Shown here piece after piece: positions 24,626-36,429 of a DNA stretch of 49,917 bases. The notes beneath the pieces are model-generated. The model worked only from the letters and a program-made list of their open reading frames with translations, made no database searches and had not been told where the DNA came from. The position numbers were made by a program, and so were the translations under genes. Origin of the DNA: Catajapyx aquilonaris (Eukaryota); NCBI GenBank assembly GCA_000934665.2, contig KZ538747.1, positions 1 through 49,917 of the forward strand, in the 5' to 3' direction. The first letter of the stretch is position 1. Each line of letters opens with the position of its first letter.

Positions 24626-26159
24626 GGGTTCACCTCTTCACCCAGGTCTTTATATAGGTGGGAGTTGGATAGGGGTACTGTCGGGGAGAGGTAGAGGGAG
24701 GGGATGCCTTCGCCAATAGGCCGCCGCGACGCTGTCGACGCCAGGCAACCCCAAGGCCGGAATTTTAATTTGCGCGTTTTGCCACAACCCGGGTGAGGGA
24801 GGGAATTTCCAGTCAGACCCTACGTGTATACCGACACGGTACACGTTTACGTGCATATATACGAATCGCTTAGAAATGCGCTTAATTTGGGGACAACTTT
24901 TCAATAACATAAATTGCTTACTGATGTCAGTCGAGCGTATGAATTCCAACGAGTTATATCTGAAAAAGGTATCTACCCTGTGCTCACTCAAGAACTTGAA
25001 TCATAATATGTTATCTATAGAGAATTTGCTGCATCTTGAGGATATTATACAATCAGTTTTGATCTCACAGAGGGTATTGCTTCGAAGTGATGAGAATATG
25101 TGGATGTGTGGTGGCGATGGATGATAATAAAAGCATGCATATGTTGGGATAGGCGCTCCAGATGAATATCGGGAGATAGATGTGTACTTCCGCAGAATTG
25201 TAGTTCCGGCAGGTGGTAGTGGGGTATGAGGGTCGCCGACCGACCACAATGGATGCACACTTCTTTTTCTTCCCCCCCCTTCAACAGCCAGCAGCACACA
25301 GCCCCATACTGTAGCAATAGGCTCTTATAGGTCGCGCTTGAACTCATCCCATCAAGGGCTGATGCTGCCTGCATCTTCCCAAAAAGCAATTTTTGCTTTT
25401 GGTCGCGCGCTAATTCTCCTTCTACTCGCCCGGATTACTGCTTTTTTTTTTCCTTTCCTTTTTTCTTTTCTGTTGGGCCTGAGGGAGGGGGGGGGGGGGC
25501 TTTTCCTTGCCGGAGGGTAGGGTGGGGTAGGGAAGCAGAGGGAGACCTTTGAGCTGAGCTCTAGGCCGCTCTCTCATTTGTCTCAGTCGCCTAGGCAACC
25601 TGCTAGAAGGATACGCCCCTGTAGGTATAGTTCCCACAACAGCCACCCACAATGCCACCCACCTCTTACACACCGCTCCGGACGTCTCGCTTTCACGCTG
25701 CCGGAGATAATCCTTCGGGTTCTTAATTGGCCTTTTCTGCTTCTCACGATATTTACTTCCGCTTAATGGGACCGAATTACTCTATATGTTAGTCGCAAGC
25801 CTACAAAATGCAGGGTCTGTTGATTTAACGATATTATAATACAGTGTGAGGTATAGTGTCATTCAAAAATTAATTAACCAGAAAGATGTTATTAATGTTA
25901 TGAATGCATCTAACGGCAGCCTCTTGGTCCTGTTTTGGATAAGTGACCATTGCAAAGGTCGTCCATATGGCGGTGTTCCTTTATCCACCTCCCTCATTAC
26001 TTCCCCCTCGTCGACCATCTACATTCACCCAGGGTCAGACCCGTCCCCTCCGAAAAGTACGTCACTCTGCTGAGGAACCTGTCACAACTCTCACAAGTCC
26101 TGATATTAATTATTGAATATTATGTGTTCACTACCTTGCATAGTTGCATACGGCATGTT

Positions 26160-26315
26160 ATGAAACTAGAAATTCATGGACTGTGGGCCCGGTTGTGTCG
26201 ACTCAAATGAGCAAATCTCTGATTGTGTCGGGTTATGCCTTGTGAATACGTGTACATAATCAGAGACTTTCCTTCATTTGCGTTGATACAATCGTTCCTG
26301 AATCTTTAATTATAA
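26160..26315. mobile_element. Degenerate hairpin MITE
   Basis: TTGTGTCGACTCAAATGAGCAAATCTCTGATT pairs imperfectly with AATCAGAGACTTTCCTTCATTTGCGTTGATACAA. Confidence 0.55.
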
Positions 26316-26963
26316 TTAGAGCAATCACGCACATGGGGGGGGGGGGGGGGGCNNGGGGGGGACGGACGGAGGGAGGCGGTGTCACACCCGAACAGCACCT
26401 GAACAGTAATATTGATAGAGAATATCTCATAAAATGTTTGTCATATAGACAGATCGCCTCTAAAAGGCCTGGTTGTATTAATTCACATTAAGATAAAATC
26501 TCTGATTATGTACAATATTGTAAATACCTGCACGATATCTGACATTTTCCCTTTATTTGCTTGGATACAAACGTGCCTTAATGTTAGAGTGCCATTATTG
26601 CTCATGTGCGTTACATAAACGTCGCACTGACCGCCATACCCCCTCCCCATCAGCGCCTCTTACCCCCCTCTACCAATGTGACATGTTATATGTAGGCTAT
26701 GCACGACGCGTTTTCAGTGCCTTCTTTCCATCAGTATCAAAATTGCTACAAATGTGCCTTTTAATGCCCATGTGACCATTATGGGCGAGATATATGGCTC
26801 TCCATCGCTGATGAATATTCAGACATACCGTACCATATTGTACAGGATATGGTCAGTAAATATTTTTTAAAAACACGGTGAAAAGAAATGCAGTACCACA
26901 TAATCATGTATTTAACAGATTCATAACTTTATTTAGTATTACATTATTTTATATTTCGCCACA

Positions 26964-27185
26964 TCCTTCCACCTCTGAGGTCCCAATGAGTTCGATCCCC
27001 GGATCCCCGGACAGAGGATGCTTATGTGGATAGAGTTTCGATGGGTTCTCTCCGTGCTCGCGTGGATTTTCTCGGGGTTCTCCCGTTTCATCCCACAATC
27101 AAAACCCATCACAGCACTTGCAAATGATTAAAAGTCGATCCCCTAAAAGGCCTAAGGAGGCCTCTCACGGGGTCTCCATCATCAT
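26964..27185 (+). mobile_element. 5'-truncated SINE (family B)
   Basis: CCTTCCACCTCTGAGGTCCC...GAGTTCGATCCCCGG...GGATTTTCTCGGGGTTCTCCCGTTT matches the other family B copies. Confidence 0.85.
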
Positions 27186-28136
27186 CAGACGACGTAGGCC
27201 ATTTGTTCATGTACCGGTACATTGGTGACAATCCAGTAATACATGTCAGAAAATGATCGCACGCTTTGTTGTATCAATGTAGGACTTATCCTATGACGAG
27301 CTGGATAATACTCTTCAGTTACGTATTAGAGGATTTGGGGGATCCGCCATGCTATAGCAAAACTAAAAATCCCATCCTGCGAGGTGGGCTACGCATTCCT
27401 GAGGTCGACCGTGATGTCAACGCTTACTATACGAAAAGTGCATATCCGATTTCGAAGAAGACCTGGCAGCCTACACCAAAGGAGGAATATTCTGTTCGCA
27501 CTGTTACCAGTACTGAGGAGGGATTCCTGAGGAGGACGAAGACCTAGTTTCAGACTACAGATGCAACATGTCGGTGGGTGAGGCGACAGTGGGCCTGGAC
27601 GATGATGAAAGTCAAAGGAGTGTGAACAACCCCATCAGGATGCTGGCTGCCCAGGGTGTGTACCTTCGGACCCAGCCAACCACCAAGAGCAGGAGGAAGT
27701 GGAAAAAGTTGAAGCGATGTCCACCATCTTGGTCGCAAAAAGTGTGGCGCCAAACAGAGTTCACCCTAAATTCAGTGGTTTTAAATATGAATAAAAATAT
27801 GTGTTATCAACAGTTTTAATGTGTATAATCATTTAGTCGTGAGTAATCAAAATGCAACAAATGCCAACATAATAAAGCGAAGGGATTTGTTGAAGAGACG
27901 GAGGTGAATCGGCCAGTGAAGTTTGGATTCCCTTTCCCAGTGAAAAACTCCATTTAACATTTGATGTCATAGTCTCATACCTGGTCAAAATGCAGTTGAC
28001 CCCGAAGAAATCAAGCACAACAAAGCGTTTGCGACTATAATTGGACTCCAAACTGTGCTGCGTATAAGTTACAAAATCTTGTCAATATGCATATACGTAT
28101 ATGTATATACGTGGCAGTACCTTCAGGGAAACAAAA

Positions 28137-28750
28137 TCTTCTATATAAATCGATAAAGCCGTTTGTGATCTGTCTGTCTGTCTGTCTTTATCAGTGGGGC
28201 TTAACGTCGGCCTAATTCTGCCTCAAGGCTCAACACCGACGCCAGGGGGTGGTCCTCCTCCTAGAAATTTGGCCACTCTGGGGATCTTTAACGTGCACTC
28301 GCGCAATGTCACAAGCACACGGGACCGACGGCTTTACTTCCCCTCCGAAGGAAGGCGCACTCTCACTTTTCTACCACCCGGAGAAAAGTCACTCACCTCG
28401 GCCGGGTTCGAACCCACAACTTTGGAACCAGAGGCGAGCGCGCTAACCACTAGTCCTGCTGCAAATATGTTCATAATTGCCCCTATTATTTTTTTTTCTT
28501 TTCTGGATTCCGGTTTGCTATCAGTGTTCCAGTTTCAGTACCGGTACTCGATCATTTTCTGTAATACTGAATTGTATCGTGCCGTAACTTGAAAAACTAT
28601 AATAAGAAGGGGTCTTTTTTGTCGCCAAATCCACCCTATATGAGAGTATAGGCTACTCGTATTTTTCGCTCGCGGGGAAGCTGCTGTTGCAACATAACAA
28701 GGATAAGGGCTCGAGTAGGGTCCGTGCGAAGGCCTCCTGGGAAGAAGAAG
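28137..28750 (+). mobile_element. Possible non-autonomous Helitron-like element interrupted by a SINE
   Basis: 5' TCTTCTATATAAA followed by (TGTC)n, internal ATAGGCTACT and 3' CCGTGCGAAG resemble insect non-autonomous Helitrons. The 3' end is degenerate. Confidence 0.35.
28186..28452 (-). mobile_element. tRNA-derived SINE with a Deu/Nin-like central domain
   Basis: Minus strand: TAGTGGTTAGCGCG...GGGTTCGAACCCGG head, then CCTTCGGAGGGGAAGTAAAGCCGTCGGTCCCG...CACGTTAAAGATCCCC. Confidence 0.75.
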
Positions 28751-29738
28751 TCAATCTGCCACCACCCCTCCCAACATCTTCCGAAGAAAGCCCACCTGCT
28801 TAAAAAGTATCCGTTCAGGGAAAAAGAAGAAGCTTTGGGGAAAAGCCAATCAGGAGAGCAATTTGCCCTTCGCCCTGAATCTGCATACTTGTGATGGGCT
28901 TTTGATGGTTTCGGTAGATGCAGGAGGGGGTGTGCATGGGTGTCGAAAAAACACTATGTTGCCAAATCGGGGGTGCTGATGCCCACCTTGACCTGGGCCA
29001 AGTTGGCAGCACCGCCCATCCCGTGTAGCAATTAGGCCTTTTTTTTCTGGATCGATACAACAGATGGACGGGGGTGGAGGAGGAAGAAGAGGATGATTTT
29101 TAGGAGGGTGGTAGGGAGGATTTGGTGAGCGATGATGGCAAACGGAAAAAAAAGCGCTGGCCTTTCATCTCGATCCCTAACTGCAAACACATCGTATTGC
29201 CCTTCAATCTCCCAGATTTTTTTATTTTTTATTTGGAAAAAAATACAGCTTTTACCGTTATCAAAACATATGGTCAGCTTTACAATAGGGCTATAGGCAG
29301 TAAGAGCCCTGGAATTAAAAACACTCATCAAATATTTTTTTTAAATGGGGATACAGTACTCGCGCGTGTTTTCTCGGGGTTTTCATGTTTCCTCCCACAA
29401 TCAAAATCCGTCACAGGGTGTCCATATAATAATAATAATAATAAGGCACCAACTTGCCAAAATTATGCAAAAAATTATGTAAAATTGCGAAAGTGGAGAG
29501 GGAGAGAGACGCGGACCAGGCAGCGACATCCGACGGCGAAGTACCGAAGTAAGATGGTGCGGAGGTAGCGCCCGCGGCCGGAACGGCGTTTATGGGAACT
29601 CCGTGGTGGTTGGTTTTTTTCAGGCGGTGGGCGTTTTTTTTTTTTTGCGTCTTATAAATTCCCTGGACACTATTTCCAAAAACAAAAGTTTATTGCAAAT
29701 ATAGGCCACGCGGGCTAAATTTTGATATCACTTCCAAT

Positions 29739-29849
29739 CAGGGATGGAAAAAGTACCGCTTCCTTCCAAGAAGCGCTTCTTTTTTCCATGTGCAGGGATA
29801 GAAAAAGAACCGCTTACCGCCCAAAGAAGCGGTTCTTTTTCCATCCCTG
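29739..29849. mobile_element. 111-bp hAT MITE
   Basis: TIR CAGGGATGGAAAAAG / CTTTTTCCATCCCTG; perfect 8-bp TSD CTTCCAAT. Confidence 0.9.
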
Positions 29850-29919
29850 CTTCCAATGCTATAAGCCGTACACAGCGGGAGGAATCGCCATCACAGTAGA
29901 GAGTAGAGTATTAATAATA

Positions 29920-29920
29920 T

Positions 29921-29954
<34 letters not shown>

Positions 29955-29966
29955 AACAACAACAAC
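29920..29966. repeat. (GAT)n/(AAC)n microsatellite
   Basis: Direct inspection; an (ATT)n tract also lies at ~30128-30175. Confidence 0.9.
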
Positions 29967-30123
29967 AGGTGAATACGGATATAACAGCCTCGGCTATAGC
30001 AGACTCGAAAGGCTTGTCACGGCATATTCCATACATGGCCTGTGTATTTGTCCGTAACATACCTTGGTTATAACAGACTGATTTTTGCGGTCCCTTCAAG
30101 TCTGTAAGATCTGGATTCAACTG
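29965..30123 (-). mobile_element. Tigger-like MITE, inverted copy
   Basis: CTGATTTTTGCGGTCCCTTCAAGT ... GGATTCAACTG|TA. Confidence 0.75.
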
Positions 30124-30135
30124 TATTGTTATTAA

Positions 30136-30176
<41 letters not shown>

Positions 30177-30531
30177 ATCTATTAAAATAGCTGATATATT
30201 ATTATGTCACATATGTAGTGACGTCAGCTGTCCCAGTAGGGGAGGGACGAGCTCTCCCCAAATGGCTTTCCAATGTCCTTTCTAGCAAACCCAATTTGCC
30301 GCTCACAATTGATTCCTTCCAGGGGCTTGCCAAAGTGCGGGGGACTTCCTAAATTACCTTTTTTCACTATTAGATAGCTGCCGTTATAGAATTTCCTGCT
30401 ATGCTCAGGGAGGGATGAGTATGGTGGAAATAATAATTCCACTTCCTGCAGACTTCCGCATACTGTTAGCGTGGTCTGAGAGGAATTTTTCTCTGTAGGT
30501 TTTCCTACCTCTCAACTGCCCCCCCCCCCCC

Positions 30532-30748
30532 NNNNNNNNNNNNNNNNNNNNNNNNNNNNNNNNNNNNNNNNNNNNNNNNNNNNNNNNNNNNNNNNNNNNN
30601 NNNNNNNNNNNNNNNNNNNNNNNNNNNNNNNNNNNNNNNNNNNNNNNNNNNNNNNNNNNNNNNNNNNNNNNNNNNNNNNNNNNNNNNNNNNNNNNNNNNN
30701 NNNNNNNNNNNNNNNNNNNNNNNNNNNNNNNNNNNNNNNNNNNNNNNN
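30532..30748. other. Assembly gap (217 N) between poly-C and poly-G tracts
   Basis: Direct inspection. Confidence 0.99.
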
Positions 30749-31123
30749 GGGGGGGGGGGGGGGGGGGGCACTTTTTTTTTAAAAAAAAACCTTGTGATAT
30801 AAGAGGGGTTTGAAGTGTGGCACTTTTCAACTGGTCACTCCTGATGATAAGGGATTGCACAAATTAACCAAAATTCTTCATTGGAATTTTAGTGGAGAAT
30901 GACATTCTGCTTGTGGGAATAACTTTCCAAGTTCCAAGGGATTTTTTTTACGTCGCTTTAAGAGCCTGGTACGAGATCGACTGTAAATCCATAACATATT
31001 ATTATTCTTATATGTGACTAACATATGGATCAATCACTTGTTCTGGATTTACCATCAATCACGCAACTGGTCCTACATGGGCTGTGGGCTGTGGTAAAAA
31101 AAAATGAAAGACTTACGTTAGAA

Positions 31124-31520
31124 CAGTGGTCTTTTCGTCATGACGCCCGCGTTTTCGCTTTCACCAAACACTCACGNCCCCCTCCCCCAATAAACTTCAG
31201 CAAGAGTTTCTTGAAAGAAAATTTTATAACTGTGAGGGATAAAAACATGTTGAAATAGGGACAACAACAGAAGGGCCAAGAAGCCCGCCGCAGGCGAATT
31301 TTTTTGGGTTCAAGGTCACAAAGTTTAGGTGAATGTCGCTGACAAAGTACAGTTGAATCTTCCTACACTGTAAGCACATCGGATACAAGCAAGGAGAAAA
31401 GTTGGTCCCTTCATATTTCCAGCAGCGCCAAGCGGAAACATGTTACATTATTTTGCGTATTTCTCATGGCCTCACGGCCCCCTTGAAATCCTCTCACGCA
31501 CCCCAGGTTGGGAACCACTG
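31124..31520. mobile_element. Charlie-like hAT MITE
   Basis: CAGTGGT ... GGTTGGGAACCACTG with 8-bp TSD CGTTAGAA/CGTTAGAG. Confidence 0.7.
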
Positions 31521-33034
31521 CGTTAGAGGTTGAATCCCAGGTAAATTAAATACTTAAGTCCTGCGGATAAATCGCGTAGCTTACGTTTTTGTATAAGTAA
31601 TTTTCAACACCTAGAAATTATCTAAAACGTGTAAGCTTTATGTAGAGCCTACATTTTTCCTTCCACTCTTTTAATTATATGAACTAAAAAATGTTTGAGC
31701 AAAAAGTTGACTTCACATTTTAAAACTACAAGTAATTTTAAGTGAATATCGGAAGTTCCCCCCAGTTTAGTGAATTGCCCTGAAAAATATTGAGTGAGGA
31801 GTCCCCCAAAGAGCTAGGGGCCTTTCACGGGGTACCGTAAACCAATTTTAAAAACAAATATCGAGTAAAGAGTAACAACTACCCAAAGTGAGCCAAACAT
31901 TCGTGCACCAAGCAAAAGTGACACTCATTGGTGCACAACAAACGCTGAATCTATCGGCCGTGTGCATCGCTTTGACGCTAACCAGTCATGGACAGCCCTG
32001 CATTGTCAAGCTTGACGTTGGCATCAGCAGAATGGAAATATGACTGATTGGGCTCAATCGACCGTAGGGCACGATTACGAGACATTAGACCACGTTGGAC
32101 TTCAGCTTCAGTATTGCCTTACACCCCCACCACTTGAGCCTCCTTTCAGCAATAGGTCCGGAAGCGAGGAATCCAAAACTGGTTGGAGTCAAAAGCGGAA
32201 GTCTAACGATGACTTAAGCGAAGGTGGCGGGTTTTTTCCCCATCCTAACGAGTTGTCGCCGTGGGGCGTCGTTAGCGTCGTAGCGACGTTGCCGTCAAGA
32301 TCATCCCTCCGCTACACCAAGGACTCACCTGTTGCATGGACCCGGGCTATACTTCCTTGATCCTAATGCAATCAGCAGCGGCCTTTCAAAAGCGCCGGAA
32401 GCCGGAATTAGAACGATCGGGGTTGCCGAATCACAAGTTGCTGAATCCGATCTGTAAGAGAGTGAGCGTCGCGACGCTCGCAACGTCGCATGTCAACGTC
32501 TAATTAGGAGGGTATACCAGTACAGGGGTTGACTGAATGGGCTACTGATGAGCTAGCCCCTTCCTTGCAGGTAAGCTTAATTATGCTTTTCACACCCCAT
32601 CCATCCTTTTCATTTACCACCATTCACCGCCTTAACTTTCAAGAGCAAAGTTTGCCGGAATTCCCCCCCCTTCCCCATCTACATATATATGTCGTGTCTT
32701 GCTGTATTGAACATTGATAATTCAGAATTAACAGGCTGTACTGTTCTAATGCGATGTAAATAATAAACCGTTTCATCCTCACTTCATGTTTATTACAATA
32801 GATACAGGGGGTTCACATTGACGAGCTCTTAGTGGGGCTTGAAAGTTAATGAAAAGCCTTCTCAGGTGCAAATTAAATTAAAATTGGAATCACATGTTTC
32901 GATTAGAGCATGTCAAGATGTACCCCTCCAAAAAGAAAACGAACGTTTGTACTGTAGGCAATATTTTAACATATCAGTCCAAATAACTTAAAATATTTTA
33001 CACATTCGAACATATAGTAAATATGTAAAATTGC

Positions 33035-35906
33035 TTATAAAAACTGGAACACACTGCCACTGAAATCGTCATCATCGGGTTCGCGGGGATACTGCGGGCG
33101 CCATCTCTTGGCGGGCATTGGTGCCACTATTGCGACGGGCTTGCGTTTTTCTCCGGTGGGCTCTCGTTTCTCTGCAGTGGGCTCGGGGGTAGACTTGGCA
33201 AAGAGGAACGATCCTTGGCCGGTAGCGCGGGCTGCGTTCGAATCATTTTCGGTAGTGGTCTCCTCTCTTTTGGCTCGAAACTTTTCTAAGCGGTCCACCA
33301 TCTCTTTCTTTTTGCCTAAAAATGAACCCCGCAAATTCTCCGAAGGGACAGGGAGCTTTTTCTCTGGCTTCTTGAGTGCTTGTGGCTGTAGGTTCATGAA
33401 GGCTCCTGAGTTATCCTCCTTGACTGGAGATTTGGCTTCCTGAAGCCACTTCTCACGTTCAAAGCGCTGCTTGCGCCATTGAAGATCATCATCATCATCC
33501 GCACCATTATCTTCATCACTACTGTAGGTTGGTGCAGATGCAGCTTCTGCAGCATCTGCATTGCGCCATCGGAAGCACCGTTCACGACCTGCTCCATCTG
33601 TGTGCAGGTCGCCATCTGGTAGTAGTGCTTCTTGCAGGAGCCTGACCTCACGCTGATCTTCATCCAGTTCAAGTTTATGGTGGACACGACCAACTTGATT
33701 TCGAAGACCTTCGGCACCCAATTTTCTGAGGCCCTCCTCTTCTTTCTCATCCCTCTCTTCCTCTTCATAATCATTTTCTGATTCTCCCAGATACTCATCA
33801 GCACTGGCTTCAGATCCTGATAACTCAGCCTCAGCCTCGAAGAATTCAGTTGCCCACTTAGAAGACTTTTTTGTTATAGCAGAATCTTGCCTGGCGTCAT
33901 CATCATCGCTCTCAGAAAATGAATCTTGGCTCCATTGTGGCTTGGCCATCTCCTGGCTATCAACGGCATCATTTTCAGGTGAAGACTCCAACTTGGCCTC
34001 CAGCTCCTGGCTACCAAACACACTGTTTTCAGGTGAAGAATCACGCTTGGCTTCCAGCTCCTGGCTATCAACACCATCATTTTCAGGTGAATAATCAAAC
34101 TTAGCCTCCAGCTCCTGGCTATCGAACACGCTGTTTTCAGGTGAAGAATCACGCTTGGCTTCCAGCCCTTCATTCTCGTCTTCATCGGAAACATGAAAAA
34201 TTCGTGGTTTTCTGACCCATTCTGTTGGATTCTCCTCCTCCTCCTCATCTGACATGAGAAAAAAGTGAGGCTTTCTTGCTTTCTCCTTGTCAGCAGAACA
34301 AATTATCCTGCTTTGATCATTGTCAATAACTCTGGACCTCAAAAGTTGTGTCAATCCTATTGGACGGCCCTCGTCCTTTTGCGTTTCAACGTCCACCTCA
34401 ATATAAGGGGCATCAAATGTGCCTGGAATGGACACATATGAAGGAGCAATGGAAGGAGAGGGTTCAATTTCACAGGTAGTTGTAAACTTGCCAGAACACA
34501 ATGCCAGTAATTCATCCTCTGATCCATTAGCTTTCACTTCAGAATCTTCAAGCCTCAGTCTCAGTGAGTCACCTTCAGAAGCTATCTTCCCTGCCTGATG
34601 TATGTCTTCCATCTTAAACTGAGTCTTGCACTTGGGATGTGTTGTCTCATGCTGGAGCTGGAATTTTGAGCCAGATCCTGAGTCAAATCCCATGCGTGCA
34701 TCTTCGAAGATATTAGCCAGACAATAAGGTCGAGCTGCTGATTCAGTATCACGTTCACCTTCGTCCTTTGCCTCATCGTTATTTTGCGATTCGTCTTGGT
34801 CTAAGCTGCTTTCATATTCGTCATACACATCCCCATCTCCCTCTGATTCAGGATCTGCATCATAGTCTTCTTCTGCCTCATCATCCACAAACACACTCTG
34901 CCTTTTCAACTTCTTTCCTCTTTCTAACCTAGTTTCATCTTCATCATGGCTATAATCTTCTGATTCACTCTCAGACATTTCTTCTTCCTCCTCCTCCTCC
35001 TCCACCTCTGCTGCTATCTTTTCTTCGTCCTCATTCTTGGTTTCAATTCTACGCTGGTACTGGTCTCGCTTCTTTTGGTACAGCTGGTTCTGAAAGTGCT
35101 TACGAAGTGTCAGCAAAGATCTTCCTGGAACAAAGTTTTCACTGCCACTAAAACTACCTTGAACCATATTATCACCAGACACTGTTACTGTCACTATTTC
35201 TGCCTTAAGTTGTTGTTCATCTCCCACAGTCTCCTTTCGCACCACCGGAAGATGCACTTGCTTGGGAAGCTGTTTTTCAGCAGGCTTCGAGCTTGTCACT
35301 AGGCGTGTGACAAGTCCAAATACGCCCTTCTCAACCTCGGAAGGACTGGCAGGACAAAGGTTTACCATTTTGGAAGTTGTAGGTAACCTTGGTGCAGGGG
35401 CTTTGGCCAACAGGAGGGCTTTTTGGCGAAGGATTTTTTGGCGAAGTAGTTCTACGCTGTTGGTTGGTTCATGAGCACTGGGTGCTTTTTGAGTGGATGT
35501 GCTGTCAGGAAGTTGAGAGTTACAGGTTGCAACTACTACTTCTTTACAAGGCATCAACTGATTTGCAACCATGTTGTCTTCTGATTTGGAGTACTTAGCA
35601 TGGCTCGAGATGGCCCCAACCTCGCAATTTGCTTCTACTACAACTTTTTCATACCTTGATCCTGCCCCGTAATCACCTGGATTTTCTAAATGAGGATTTA
35701 GCTGTGATTCTTGTTCAACTTCTAACTCCCTCACCAGAAAGTGTTCGTCAGAAGACTTAGGGTTTACCCCTTTCAATAGAGGTATCAAATTGCTCTCTCC
35801 CTTATGCAAATTGACCTTTTTGAGTGGCCCTTGTCCTCCAATGTCGTCAGGTTCATCAGAATCCTTAAATATCTCTAGATTCTTTTCTTGCTTTTCCGAA
35901 ATGTCA
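33035..35906 (-). CDS. CLSPN: Claspin, last coding exon (2872 nt)
   Basis: Chk1-binding motif EDELLALCSGKF; EFFEAEAELSGSE and LLQEALLPDGDLHTDGAGRERCFRWRN (Claspin/Mrc1 C-terminal domain); acidic tracts. TTTGCAG| acceptor; - strand AATAAA at 32789-32794. Confidence 0.92.
33953..34168 (-). repeat. In-frame 54-bp x4 coding minisatellite in Claspin
   Basis: (G/E)LEAK...SPEN....SQ repeated four times. Confidence 0.95.
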
Positions 35907-35989
35907 CTGCAAATGAAAGGCAGTTCATTAATTTCAATGAACAAAATTATAGTAGGCTACTAATAAAAACTGTGGTCAAGCAATCTCAC

Positions 35990-36174
35990 CAAGCCATCTG
36001 CAAACGATCACCTCGCAGCTTGAGCCAGTTCCCAATACTGGCTGGTGTTGACCGACTTTGCAAAAGTTCCGTCAAGGAGCGTTCTTTCGGCTTATGATAC
36101 TCCAATTGTATGGCAGATTCTCGCGTCATGCGTTGACTCTCTCTGCGTATGACTTCCATCACTTGTTGGGCTGA
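35990..36174 (-). CDS. CLSPN: Claspin, coding exon 2 (conserved N-terminal DNA-binding region)
   Basis: IRRESQRMTRESAIQLEYHKPKERSLTELL matches the Claspin SESQR..RE....L.YH.P motif. TTTCCAG| acceptor, |GTGAGA donor, phases 0 and 2 consistent. Confidence 0.9.
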
Positions 36175-36429
36175 CTGGAAATGAGAGAACAAAGATTTAG
36201 ATTAATATGGTAATAACTGCAGCAGGTTTACTCAGTAGGTGCCCCACAGCACCTGTCTAGCTACCCAGAAATGCACAGAGAGGGTATAAAAACATGGGTA
36301 CCCAGATACCGCCAGTACACTTTGGTAACACAAGTACCAAATCCGATATGCATTCACATAAGTCTTTGGAGGGAGGAACACATGAAGAAAGTAGTAATGT
36401 GCAGTCTTACATCCTTCTGCACTGTACTA

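Noticed and set aside
30405..30860. ORFs spanning the N gap
   Set aside because: Artefacts of unknown bases.
32040..32510. CpG-rich patch with a 106-aa ORF and short palindromes
   Set aside because: No recognisable domain and no convincing TIR/TSD pair.
35907..35944. MFIEINELPFIC start of the 969-aa ORF
   Set aside because: Intronic; the exon begins at the acceptor at 35907-35908.
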